This document shows, piece by piece, positions 17,987 to 27,405 of a stretch of 64,000 nucleotides of DNA. Every line of letters begins with the position of its first letter. The first letter of the stretch is position 1. Position numbers and translations under genes: made by a program. This DNA comes from Gammaproteobacteria bacterium. Its GTDB lineage: Bacteria > Pseudomonadota > Gammaproteobacteria > UBA6429 > Thiohalophilaceae. The stretch is from contig JAJRZT010000065.1 in the NCBI GenBank assembly GCA_024275115.1, forward strand, positions 4,955 through 68,954. The letters are read 5' to 3'. Under the pieces are notes generated by a model, which worked only from the letters and a program-made list of their open reading frames with translations, did not search any database and was not told the DNA's origin.

Positions 17987-20900
17987 ACGTTTTTCTCCTT
18001 CTCTGCCACAATACCTGATTTACGCAGGGTAAAAGTTTCCAGCCAGGCATACAGTGTTGGTAACAAAACCAGGGTTAATAAGGTTGATGTGAACAAGCCA
18101 CCTATAACAACCACCGCTAATGGTCGTTGCAACTCTGAGCCTGGCCCGGTTGCTGCCAGTAACGGAACCAGCCCCAGGCTGGCGATCAATGCGGTCATCA
18201 ATACTGGACGTAGACGTCGCTCCGCACCTTCCTGTACCGCCTGTAAAATACTGCTCCCTGCTTCACGTAACTGATTAAAGAAGCTCACCATCACCACGCC
18301 GTTAAGTACCGCGACACCAAACAAGGTGATAAACCCTACCGAGGCAGGCACGGATAGATACAACCCGGATAAATACAGGCTGACGACCCCGCCAATCATC
18401 GCGAATGGAATATTCAGAAGAATAAGCCCGGCCTGAGACAATGAACGGAATGTTACAAATAACATCAGGAAAATAAGTGCGATAGCAATGGGCACCACCA
18501 CGCCCAGTCGCTTAGCCGCACGTTGCTGGTTTTCAAACTGGCCTCCAAAAGTTACATAATATCCGGAAGGTAATTTTATATTGGTTTCAATGCTGCGCTG
18601 CACTTCTTCAACAAAACTCACCACGTCACGCCCTTCCACATTGGACTGCACCACCACCTGACGTTTAGCCGACTCACGGGCAATTTCAACCGGACCGTCA
18701 ACTTCATGTACGTGAGCCAGTAAACGTATCGGCACTTTAGCGCCACGCGGCGTTTCAACCAGCAAAGCCTTGATATCTTTCACCGAAGTACGTGCAGCTT
18801 GCGGATAGCGTAATAAAATACCGGTGCGGCGATTATCTTCAATAATTTCCGTCGCAACCTGACCGGCAACGGCCGTTTCGATCAGCGTATTAATATCTTC
18901 TACATTAATACCGTAGCGTGCAATAGCCGCCGGACTTATATCAACTTGCAAATAAGTCTGCCCGGACAACCGGCCACGAAACACGTCCACCGCGCCCACT
19001 GTTTTATTTACCAGTGTTTCAATTTGTGTTGAGAGGGTTTCCAGTACTTTCAGGTCGTCACCATAAAGTTTAATCGCCATCGCAGCGCGCACACCGGTTA
19101 ACATTTCTGAAACACGCATATCAATCGGCTGGGTAAAGGCGATATCAATTCCTTCAAAACGGTCCAGCTTTTCACGCAACTTTTCTAATAATGTCGCTTG
19201 ATCGATTGTCCATTCATCGCGCGGGCGGGTAATAATAAAATTATCGGTTTGATACAAGCCCATCGGATCCATACGTAATTCATCCGCACCGGTGCGTGAT
19301 ACCACCCCGGTCACTTCAGGAATTTCCATAAACGCTTTTTGAATCGGCGCATCCCGCTCCAGTGAGTGCCGCAACGATATATCAGATTCTTTTTCAACTA
19401 TAATGACCGTCGAACCTTCATCCATCAGCGGCATAAACTCTTTACCAATATGCGGGAACAGCGCAATGGTGCCAGCCAATGCCAGTAACGCAACACTGAT
19501 AGGGATAGCGCGAAAACGCAAAGCCCAACTTACTACCGGACGATAAAGATTTTTCAGGTGACGCAATAACCACTCTTCTTTCTCAGGGTCACCTTTATCT
19601 AAGCTCTTTTTATCGTCACCCGCTTTCATTAATAAACTCGCCAGCACCGGAATAACCGTTAATGATAAAATCAGCGAACCCATCAGTGCAAAAGAAATGG
19701 TGACTGCCAGCGGGGTAAACATTTTTCCTTCCAGCCCGGTTAAGCTGAATATTGGCAGGAACACCACGATAATAATCAGTACCCCACTGATCACTGGCGT
19801 TGCCACTTCCAGTACCGCGCGATAAATTAAGTGCAATCGATTAACACCTTTAGGGGCTTTGTTTAACTGAGTATGAATATTTTCCACCACCACCACCGCA
19901 GCATCAACCAGAATACCAATGGCTATGGCTACACCGCCCAGCGACATCAGGTTAGCCGAAACACCCACCAGACGCATCATAATAAAGGTAAATAAAACCG
20001 CCAGGGGTAAAACCAGTGCAACGGTTAAAGCCGCTCGCAGATTACCCAGCATAACAATCAATACCAGTAACACCAGCAACACCGCTTCACCCAACACCTT
20101 TTCCACCGTCCAGACGGCCGCTGTCACCAGCTCACTTCGATCATAAAAAGGTATAATTTTAATCCCCTCGGGCAAGGTGGGTTTGAGGGCTTCCAGTTCA
20201 CGCTTAACGCCCTCCACGGTACTACGACTATTGGCTCCCTTACGCGATAAAACTAAACCGGTTACCACTTCACCTTCACCATCCGCTGTCACCGCACCGT
20301 AACGGGTTAACGAGCCAATGCGAACTGTTGCCAGTTTTCCAATCTGAATAGGAACACCATTACGCGTTGCCACGGTGATACCACGAATGTCTGCTTCATT
20401 ACGTAACAAACCTCGGGTACGCACCAGTAACATTTTCTCACCACGCTCAATACGGTCACCGCCGGCATTGCGGTTATTTTCCTGCAACGCCTTAAACAAA
20501 TCATCCATACCCAGACCATATTTTACCAGTGCATCTGGGTTAGGCATTACTTCAAAGGCGCGCACTTCACCACCCAGTGAATTCACGTCGGCCACACCTT
20601 TAACCGTGCGTAAACGTGGACGGATAACCCAGTCCTGAATAATACGCAGTTCGCTATTGCTATAACCCTCACCTTCGATGCGGTACATATACATTTCACC
20701 CAACGGCGTGGTCACCGGCGCAAGCCCGCCATCCACACCTTTCGGTAAATCACCCCATACCTGACTAAGACGTTCATTCACCTGGTTACGCGCCCAGTAA
20801 ATATCGGTGCCATCCTCAAAGTCAATTTTAATAATACTCAAAGCATACTTGGTCACCGAACGTAGTACCTTTTGCCGTGGCAAACCCTGCATTTCCATTT

Positions 20901-21108
20901 CAATGGGAAAGGTAATTCGGCTTTCCACTTCAGTTGGTGACAGCCCTGGTGCTTTTACAATAATTTGTACCTGTGGTGCTGAAATATCAGGGAAAGCATC
21001 AATGGGTAAGGTCTTGAATGCCCACACACCACCCACCGATAAAGCCGTTGCAAGCAATAACATCATCAGCCGCTGGATTAATGAAAAACGTATTAAACTG
21101 GCAATCAT
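17983..21108 (-). CDS. czcA: CusA/CzcA-family heavy-metal efflux RND permease
   Basis: LPIDAFPDI, ANLMSLGG.AI.IG..VDAAVVVVEN, RLRPVLMTA, GSELQRPLA motifs; 1041 aa. Confidence 0.9.
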   Translation of the reverse strand: MIASLIRFSLIQRLMMLLLATALSVGGVWAFKTLPIDAFPDISAPQVQIIVKAPGLSPTEVESRITFPIEMEMQGLPRQKVLRSVTKYALSIIKIDFEDGTDIYWARNQVNERLSQVWGDLPKGVDGGLAPVTTPLGEMYMYRIEGEGYSNSELRIIQDWVIRPRLRTVKGVADVNSLGGEVRAFEVMPNPDALVKYGLGMDDLFKALQENNRNAGGDRIERGEKMLLVRTRGLLRNEADIRGITVATRNGVPIQIGKLATVRIGSLTRYGAVTADGEGEVVTGLVLSRKGANSRSTVEGVKRELEALKPTLPEGIKIIPFYDRSELVTAAVWTVEKVLGEAVLLVLLVLIVMLGNLRAALTVALVLPLAVLFTFIMMRLVGVSANLMSLGGVAIAIGILVDAAVVVVENIHTQLNKAPKGVNRLHLIYRAVLEVATPVISGVLIIIVVFLPIFSLTGLEGKMFTPLAVTISFALMGSLILSLTVIPVLASLLMKAGDDKKSLDKGDPEKEEWLLRHLKNLYRPVVSWALRFRAIPISVALLALAGTIALFPHIGKEFMPLMDEGSTVIIVEKESDISLRHSLERDAPIQKAFMEIPEVTGVVSRTGADELRMDPMGLYQTDNFIITRPRDEWTIDQATLLEKLREKLDRFEGIDIAFTQPIDMRVSEMLTGVRAAMAIKLYGDDLKVLETLSTQIETLVNKTVGAVDVFRGRLSGQTYLQVDISPAAIARYGINVEDINTLIETAVAGQVATEIIEDNRRTGILLRYPQAARTSVKDIKALLVETPRGAKVPIRLLAHVHEVDGPVEIARESAKRQVVVQSNVEGRDVVSFVEEVQRSIETNIKLPSGYYVTFGGQFENQQRAAKRLGVVVPIAIALIFLMLFVTFRSLSQAGLILLNIPFAMIGGVVSLYLSGLYLSVPASVGFITLFGVAVLNGVVMVSFFNQLREAGSSILQAVQEGAERRLRPVLMTALIASLGLVPLLAATGPGSELQRPLAVVVIGGLFTSTLLTLVLLPTLYAWLETFTLRKSGIVAEKEKNV

Positions 21109-21110
21109 GA

Positions 21111-22427
21111 TTATTTCACCCCGCCCATATTCATACCAAAATCAGGCGCGTTGTTATCCAACAGCGAAATGCCTGCTGACATCCGTACTGCGGCAAGTTC
21201 AAGCCAGGCTTGTTGCAATAATTCAAGGTAACGTGCCCGCACATCAAAATAGGTATTATTGGCGTCAATTAAAGTAAGAATATACAACTCACCCGCCTTA
21301 AACCCTTTGCGCGTTAAGCTAAAAACATGTTGTGCCGGTTTTAAAAGATGTTTGCGGTAATGTTCAGCCTGTTTAATCAGGTGACCGAGATGCAAGTGGC
21401 TTTTATGCAGACGCGTTCGCAAATTACGTTGTTGCATCTTTAACTCCGCTTGCGCCTGATGCACGGCAAAGCGCGCCTGGGTAACACGGCCATTATTTTT
21501 ATTCCATAACGGAACCTGAACACTCAACATAACACCGGTACTCTGTTGGCGACGATTGGCAATATATTCTTCAGTGCGAAACAGACTTAAGGTTGGATCA
21601 GAAAAACGCTGTGCGCGTGCAACCGCAACCCCCGCCTGTGAAGCTGCGACAGCCTGTTTATAGGCTTGCAGTGACGGATGCTGTTGCATACTCTTTTCCA
21701 TCACGCTGAAGCTCTCAATAGCTGTCACTGGTGTGAGTGCCACCAATGCTATTTTGTTTTCAAGGGGTAACCGCAATAAAGATTTAAAACTTGCGGCCGC
21801 CTCATCAAATTGACCTTCGGCCATGTCCGCAGTTTGTTTCGCCGACTGCAATACAATATTCAAACGCATCGTTTCCAGCGGGGTAAGATAACGTATAAGC
21901 GGGTCATGATTACTTCCGGTATGTTGAAAACGATGCGCTTGCTGCAATCGTTTTTTTGCCAGTTGCAATTTGGCCTGAGCAAACTGCAAAATATGCAGGC
22001 GTTGCGCCACCTTATATTCCAGCGCCAAACGCTGCTGACGGAATAAAGCCTGCGCACTGGCAACCTCGGCTTCGGCCTGTGTACGTTGGTGCTTTAATCG
22101 CCCCATCGGTATGGGTTGTGAAATTTCTAACTGGGTAACATTGTAGCCACCACTGGATGATTCCAAGCCTAGCGTTTCATCCACTTGAACGCTCACACTG
22201 GGGTTCGGCCATGCGCCAGCTTGTTCCAGCTTGCCCTGCTGTTTGCCTATTGCAGCATTAGCTGCTTTTATTTCCGGTGCCACTTCCAATGCACGTTGAA
22301 TACTGGCGCCCAGTGTCCAACGTGACTCAGGTGACGCCAATGTTAGTGGAGCCAATGTTAACAATGAAGCAGCCAGAGCAACACTTAGCAATGAAGGTAT
22401 TAATATCTTAGTCATAAAATTATCCAT
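21111..22427 (-). CDS. czcC: TolC/CzcC-family outer membrane efflux protein
   Basis: Signal peptide, AGAWPNP, SQPIP, VPLWNKN.G, GF.AGE..IL.LIDA pattern. Confidence 0.85.
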   Translation of the reverse strand: MDNFMTKILIPSLLSVALAASLLTLAPLTLASPESRWTLGASIQRALEVAPEIKAANAAIGKQQGKLEQAGAWPNPSVSVQVDETLGLESSSGGYNVTQLEISQPIPMGRLKHQRTQAEAEVASAQALFRQQRLALEYKVAQRLHILQFAQAKLQLAKKRLQQAHRFQHTGSNHDPLIRYLTPLETMRLNIVLQSAKQTADMAEGQFDEAAASFKSLLRLPLENKIALVALTPVTAIESFSVMEKSMQQHPSLQAYKQAVAASQAGVAVARAQRFSDPTLSLFRTEEYIANRRQQSTGVMLSVQVPLWNKNNGRVTQARFAVHQAQAELKMQQRNLRTRLHKSHLHLGHLIKQAEHYRKHLLKPAQHVFSLTRKGFKAGELYILTLIDANNTYFDVRARYLELLQQAWLELAAVRMSAGISLLDNNAPDFGMNMGGVK

Positions 22428-22595
22428 CTCAATTTATAGCGAACAGGGTTTTTGATTACTGTTTTAAATGCCTTAAATAAACTTGTTCGTAAACAAACAA
22501 TATTTTTTCGTGATACGAAAATACAACAACCAAAGGAGCAACTTTTTCGGTGTTTAAATTTTTATCAATAACCGTCACATGTAATATGACAGAAA

Positions 22596-23018
22596 TTAAA
22601 TTATGGCGGTGCGAGGAGGGGCGCGGAGAGGTGGATAAAGTAAGTAGTTGAGTGAGGGGCGTTCTATTCTAAAAATCCATTTTTTACGAAACAGGGATAA
22701 AAATAGAATGTATAAACTAATACATATAAATGTAAATAATAAAATAAATGAATTAAACGATTCGACTTTTTTTACCAGGCTACCGGAACTCACTTCAATT
22801 TCGGCAGGGCGGTCGCTGCCATTTTGATATTGAGCATCGTACATCGTGTCCTGCTGCGAATAGGCAGGGTGCAACGCAATGCTGTGCCCGCTATGGGTCG
22901 CTGAGGCACTTTCATCTTGAACATGCATATGCAACCTGGACGCTTGCCCAAATAATAGCGCAAAACCCAGGCATGCGATCAGCAAATAGCTGGAAATATT
23001 ATTATGCTGCCTTCTCAT
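22596..23018 (-). CDS. His-rich leader protein with C-terminal RAPP motif (CzcI/DUF2946-like)
   Basis: N-terminal hydrophobic segment, HMH...HSGH...H cluster, second hydrophobic stretch, ends YPPLRAPPRTAII. Start taken at MRRQH (ATG 23018; ORF track extends to 23048). Confidence 0.65.
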   Translation of the reverse strand: MRRQHNNISSYLLIACLGFALLFGQASRLHMHVQDESASATHSGHSIALHPAYSQQDTMYDAQYQNGSDRPAEIEVSSGSLVKKVESFNSFILLFTFICISLYILFLSLFRKKWIFRIERPSLNYLLYPPLRAPPRTAII

Positions 23019-23175
23019 AACGCAAAAGTTTATACAGCGCCACCGCATAATGCAAACTAATTAGCAACGGACAACAATCGCTATCTAAATTTGTGGCGCG
23101 CTAAAGACCTGTGTTTTTAATGTTATTAATTAACATGAACTCGGGGCACATTCTCGTGTCATACAGCTACCTATG

Positions 23176-23215
23176 TAGGTCTCTCTGCGCCACATTAGGT
23201 CTCTCTGCGCCACAT
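23176..23215. repeat. Perfect 20-bp tandem duplication
   Basis: TAGGTCTCTCTGCGCCACAT x2. Confidence 0.95.
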
Positions 23216-23442
23216 TCGCCTTCTGCTCGGCACCCGCTATAATCATTAACAGCTAAAACGAATATAAAAACAATGACTTAGATCAGCCAACATTTTCGAA
23301 TATCCAACTATATTTTATACTCACCCTTTAATTTAAGGTATAATACGCCACCGTAGAAATTTCCTTTTCAGCAAAAGCCCGAATAATGACGTCATTTGGG
23401 CCTATTTCATTTTGGCGCAATAAACTGCAAGAGACACAAATT

Positions 23443-24354
23443 ATGAGTATTGAAGATACACAAGGCCCTTTTGACAATATCCCGCATAACAGCCCGGTTC
23501 AACCACAACGTTTAAGTGGCGAGGATAAATTTAATTTCAGCTGTTACAAAGGCATCTCTTGCTTTAATGCCTGTTGCCGTCAAGCTGACATTACTTTAAC
23601 GCCCTATGACATATTACGGCTTAAAGATAACCTTGGGATGACCTCGACCGAGTTTTTGAAAAAGCACACCGTCCCTTTTGAAATTGATGGACAGGGCTTA
23701 CCCGGCGTTAAACTTCGCACCGAAGATGATGACCCCATTTGCCTGTTACTGGATGGCGATAATGGCTGTAGTGTTTACGAAGATCGCCCATCAGCCTGTC
23801 GTTATTACCCGGTTGGTTTGCTTAACATGCGTGCCTTTAAAGCCGAAAAGGAAGAGCAACATTACTTTATGGTGAAAGAAAGCCACTGTACCGGCCACAA
23901 TGAAGATCGTGAAATTAGCATTGATGCGTACCGTAAAGAGCAAGGTCTGGAGGAATATGACGAGTTTAACTGGCAGTACTACCGTTTAATTTTAAAGAAA
24001 AAATCCTCTGGCCCCACCATTGGTAAACCCTCCACGCAAAGCTTCCATTTTTTCTTCACCGCGGCCTACGATGTTGATCGTTTCCGTGAGTTTGTAAAAT
24101 CACCTAACTTTCTAAAAGTGTATGCTATTGCAGAAGATGAATATAAAGAATTGCTGAAAGATGACTACAAACTGGTTAGCTTTGGTTTAATGTTAATGCA
24201 TCAGGTTTTATTTGGCGAGAATACCATTCCACTGGTAGAAAATGCTTACGAAAATCGCATTGAAGAGCGTAAAGATATACTTGAAGCAAAAAGACAGTTA
24301 GCCGAAGAAATTGCAAAAAAAGAAGATCCTACTGATCAGTATATTCAGGATTAG
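23443..24354 (+). CDS. YkgJ-family cysteine-cluster (putative Zn/Fe-S chelating) protein
   Basis: FSCYKGISCFNACC...C.LL....CSVYEDRPSACRYYP; start taken at MSIED. Confidence 0.8.
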   Translation: MSIEDTQGPFDNIPHNSPVQPQRLSGEDKFNFSCYKGISCFNACCRQADITLTPYDILRLKDNLGMTSTEFLKKHTVPFEIDGQGLPGVKLRTEDDDPICLLLDGDNGCSVYEDRPSACRYYPVGLLNMRAFKAEKEEQHYFMVKESHCTGHNEDREISIDAYRKEQGLEEYDEFNWQYYRLILKKKSSGPTIGKPSTQSFHFFFTAAYDVDRFREFVKSPNFLKVYAIAEDEYKELLKDDYKLVSFGLMLMHQVLFGENTIPLVENAYENRIEERKDILEAKRQLAEEIAKKEDPTDQYIQD

Positions 24355-24453
24355 ATTTAGTGCCCGTTTTTTTGTACGGTCACTTATGCCTGAGCTTGCA
24401 ACTCAAGCGCGGCGTCTACTAATAAAAGAAGAAGTACATTAAGTGATAAAATT

Positions 24454-24491
24454 GCTCATTGCGAGGAGGACTAACCGCCCCAGCAATGAGC
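24454..24491. repeat. Palindromic element with TCATTGCGAG core (REP-like remnant)
   Basis: GCTCATTGCGAGG...GCAATGAGC hairpin between convergent genes; related sequence at 62752-62800. Confidence 0.45.
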
Positions 24492-24495
24492 ATAA

Positions 24496-24548
24496 TACGA
24501 TACTTTTATTTACGATACTTTTATTTACGATACTTTTATTTACGATAC
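24496..24548. repeat. 15-bp tandem repeat, ~3.5 copies, overlapping the stop of the PstS-like gene
   Basis: (TACGATACTTTTATT)x3 + TACGATAC. Confidence 0.95.
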
Positions 24549-25429
24549 AGGCCCCGTCGACTCGCGCGCTCTGCCTGTTCAACTTGCTTCATTACCAGGC
24601 CAATCGCATCCGCATAGGGCACCGTACCTGCTTTACGAATAATCGCCATACCTTCGCGGCTGAGTGCGAATTTTATAAATTTACGCACTTTAGGCGAGCT
24701 GCTTCGGCCTTTGGTAACAAGGTATAGCGGACGATACAAAAGGTACTGTCCATTCTTAATATTATCAAATGTAGGCGCTTTACCGTCCAGTTTCAAAATT
24801 TTCACATCACGTCGCTTTGCACTACTGATCCCAGTGGTACCAATACCAATAAGGTTTTTCTGTATCCCTTTTTCTAATGGACCCGACGATTTCACAACGT
24901 ACTTAGCCACAGGGAAAGTCTGATCATAGTTAGCAAAAACAAGCTCACGTAATGTCCGCCCTACACCTGAAAATTTACCTTTACGAACATAGAGCTCTAT
25001 TGGCCCATTGTTACCCCCCAGTTCTTTCCAGTTTCTGATCTTACCCAGATAAACACCCTGAAGCTGTTCAAATGTGATGCTATCGACCGGGTTGTTTTTA
25101 TGCACTATCACTGCCAGTGCATCCCAGGCAACCGGGATTTGATAAGCACTGCGCTCTTCCGGATGCCTGTCCATTGCCACACGACAGGCTCCACCAATAT
25201 CAATAAGCCCTTTTGTGGCATTGCGAATACCTTTAGTCGCGCCACCGCCACTGATATTCACTTTTATACCCGTTTTCTTTTCATAGGCTTTGGCAAGCTC
25301 TTTCATAAAGGCTTTTTTGGTAATACCACAGCCTGCCCAGTTAATTTCATTTGCTGCAGATGAATAAGCAGATATGGAGATGGTACTAAAAACCAGAAAA
25401 GTGATGAATGCTAAGATTTTGCTACTCAT
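24536..25429 (-). CDS. PstS-like periplasmic substrate-binding protein (stand-alone)
   Basis: Signal peptide; GGGATKGI, VAWDALAVIVHKNNPV, Y.LYRPLYLVT motifs of the PstS/PBP2 family; start at MSSKIL with RBS GGAGGAG. Confidence 0.8.
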   Translation of the reverse strand: MSSKILAFITFLVFSTISISAYSSAANEINWAGCGITKKAFMKELAKAYEKKTGIKVNISGGGATKGIRNATKGLIDIGGACRVAMDRHPEERSAYQIPVAWDALAVIVHKNNPVDSITFEQLQGVYLGKIRNWKELGGNNGPIELYVRKGKFSGVGRTLRELVFANYDQTFPVAKYVVKSSGPLEKGIQKNLIGIGTTGISSAKRRDVKILKLDGKAPTFDNIKNGQYLLYRPLYLVTKGRSSSPKVRKFIKFALSREGMAIIRKAGTVPYADAIGLVMKQVEQAERASRRGLYRK

Positions 25430-25820
25430 AATATGTCTCCTCCAACATAAATATAGACGCTTATACTTATCTGAATACCTATATAGCAAATACTTTAAAA
25501 TATTCACGCCATAAATAAAGTGTAAATTCCTTTTCAAAACTTATTATCGGCTGATAAATCAAATAGTTAAGCAATTTTTATTGTAATATTAGCTCTTTAA
25601 GCCTTTTTGTCCGACTAATTATCGGAATAACAGGCCTAGTGATTGCTGAAACGGCGAACAACCTACACACCTGGAGCATCCTTATCTATACCTACGAATA
25701 TCATTTTAAAAGTCCTTTACAATGAAAACACTATTAAATCAACAGGGTAGAGGGAAACTCTAAAATATTGGTTAAAGTATAACCTATTCCTAAAACAACT
25801 GACTATAAAATTACAAGCAT

Positions 25821-25853
25821 AAAAAAAGCCCGCTTACATAAGCAGGCTTTTTT
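25821..25853 (-). terminator. Rho-independent terminator of the qmo-hdr operon
   Basis: AAAAAAAGCCCGCTTA-ca-TAAGCAGGCTTTTT stem flanked by A/T tracts, ~20 bp after the hdrB stop. Confidence 0.8.
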
Positions 25854-25875
25854 ACATTAAAACAAATACCACACT

Positions 25876-26771
25876 TTATTTGGCAATTTCCTCTAATTGT
25901 TTTGGGGTAATAATTTGCCCGTCTAAACCGGATTGCTTACGATCTTTACCATACGCCACACTCATTAATGTTGAGTAATACACAACCGGCATATTAAACT
26001 TGGTTTTGTATTTGGCATTAATGTCATTTTGATAGGCTTCAACATTCAACTGACACACCGGACAAGGTGTGACAATCATATCCGCACCACCGTCATAAGC
26101 TGCTTCAATAATGTCTTTGATTAAGGCTTGTGATTTTTCGGGTTCAGAAAAAGCGAGTGCACCACCACAACAAGATACTTTCTTGTCGTAGTTTTCAATT
26201 GGCTCGGCACCCATTGTTTCAACCAGCTTGTCTAAGTATTTTGGGTTTTCAAAAGACTCGCCATCAATGCCGAAAGGTCGATTCGTTTGGCAGCCCACAT
26301 AGCCAGCAATTTTAATACCGTCTAAAGGTTTTTTAACGTGCTTGCCAAGTTCGTCAAAACCGAAGTCTTCAATTAACACTTCCGCCATATGACGTACATT
26401 TTGATCGGCTTTAACCGATAAACCACCGGCCGCTAAGGCTTCGTTGGTTTCTTTCATTAATTCTTCATCGGCATTTAAGCGTTCTTTGGTTTCGCGTGTG
26501 GCTAACCAGCAAGCGGCACAAGTTGCAACAATGTCCTGACCCGGGCTTGCTTGCTCAGATAACGCCATGTTACGTGCACTTAATGCTAAACGGGGTAACT
26601 CACCACCTTCTGCATAACCGATAGACGCGGCACAGCAGTTCCAGTCTGGAATAGTGTTAAGTTTAATATCTAAAACATCACACATCGTTTCAACCGATGT
26701 TTGATAGTTAGAACCTGACGCTGCTTTTGTGATGAGCAACCAGGGTAAAATGAATATTCTTTTTTCGCCAT
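25876..26771 (-). CDS. hdrB: Heterodisulfide reductase subunit B-like CCG-domain protein (Qmo-associated), 1-nt frameshift near 26725-26728
   Basis: N-terminus MAKKEYSFYPGCSSQ (ATG 26771, RBS AGGAGAG) is out of frame with KAASGSNYQ...WNCCAAS...CAAC...GYVGC...SCCGG...CPVC by one base in an A run. Confidence 0.85.
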
Positions 26772-26781
26772 GAGTGCTCTC

Positions 26782-27396
26782 CTAGTCAAACTTCGTCATT
26801 TTAGCGTCTTCAATTTCACGCGCTTTTTTCAAAATCGCATGAAAACCGCTGGTATCTTTAATACCATGGCCACCTAAGATTTCCATTGGTGACAAACGTT
26901 TTGTTTTCATCATGCTCATACCGAGTGGCATGGCTTTTATCGCCACTTTAATACCATTAACCAGGCCGTTCATAAAATAGAGTGCAATACCCAATTTCAA
27001 TTCGTTAACGCGGCCTTTTTTGGTTAAGTTATTCCAAAATAAGATTGCGAACTTGCGTGTTGGCTGATTTTTAGGTGCAAGACCTAAACGGTGTGCGTAG
27101 TTAGCAAGACCGTGCATGATATGCGTAATGGGTAATTCACGTGGGCAACGGGCAATACAGTTGTAACATGATGTACACATCCACATTGCATCACTTGCTA
27201 ACACTTCGTCACGTTTACCGGCGCGAATCATCATAAAGATTTTTTGCGGGGTGTGTTCCCAGGCATTGCCTAATGGGCATGAACCGGCACATACACCACA
27301 CTGCATGCACATTTTAACCCAATGACCTTCTTCTACGTTCGCTTCGACTTCTTTAAGGAAGTTATTACGATAATAATTAATTGCATCTGTAGCCAT
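26782..27396 (-). CDS. hdrC: Heterodisulfide reductase subunit C-like 2x[4Fe-4S] protein (Qmo-associated)
   Basis: CMQCGVCAGSCP and MWMCTSCYNCIARCP; no TM domain. Confidence 0.88.
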   Translation of the reverse strand: MATDAINYYRNNFLKEVEANVEEGHWVKMCMQCGVCAGSCPLGNAWEHTPQKIFMMIRAGKRDEVLASDAMWMCTSCYNCIARCPRELPITHIMHGLANYAHRLGLAPKNQPTRKFAILFWNNLTKKGRVNELKLGIALYFMNGLVNGIKVAIKAMPLGMSMMKTKRLSPMEILGGHGIKDTSGFHAILKKAREIEDAKMTKFD

Positions 27397-27405
27397 GACT
27401 TCCTC

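Noticed and set aside
24496..24548. CRISPR array
   Set aside because: Repeats are directly adjacent with no spacers, and no cas genes are present. The same applies to the duplication at 23176-23215.
24443..24727. 94-aa ORF with (TILLF)n repeat
   Set aside because: It is the antisense reading of the minisatellite and of the PstS-like gene's 3' end.
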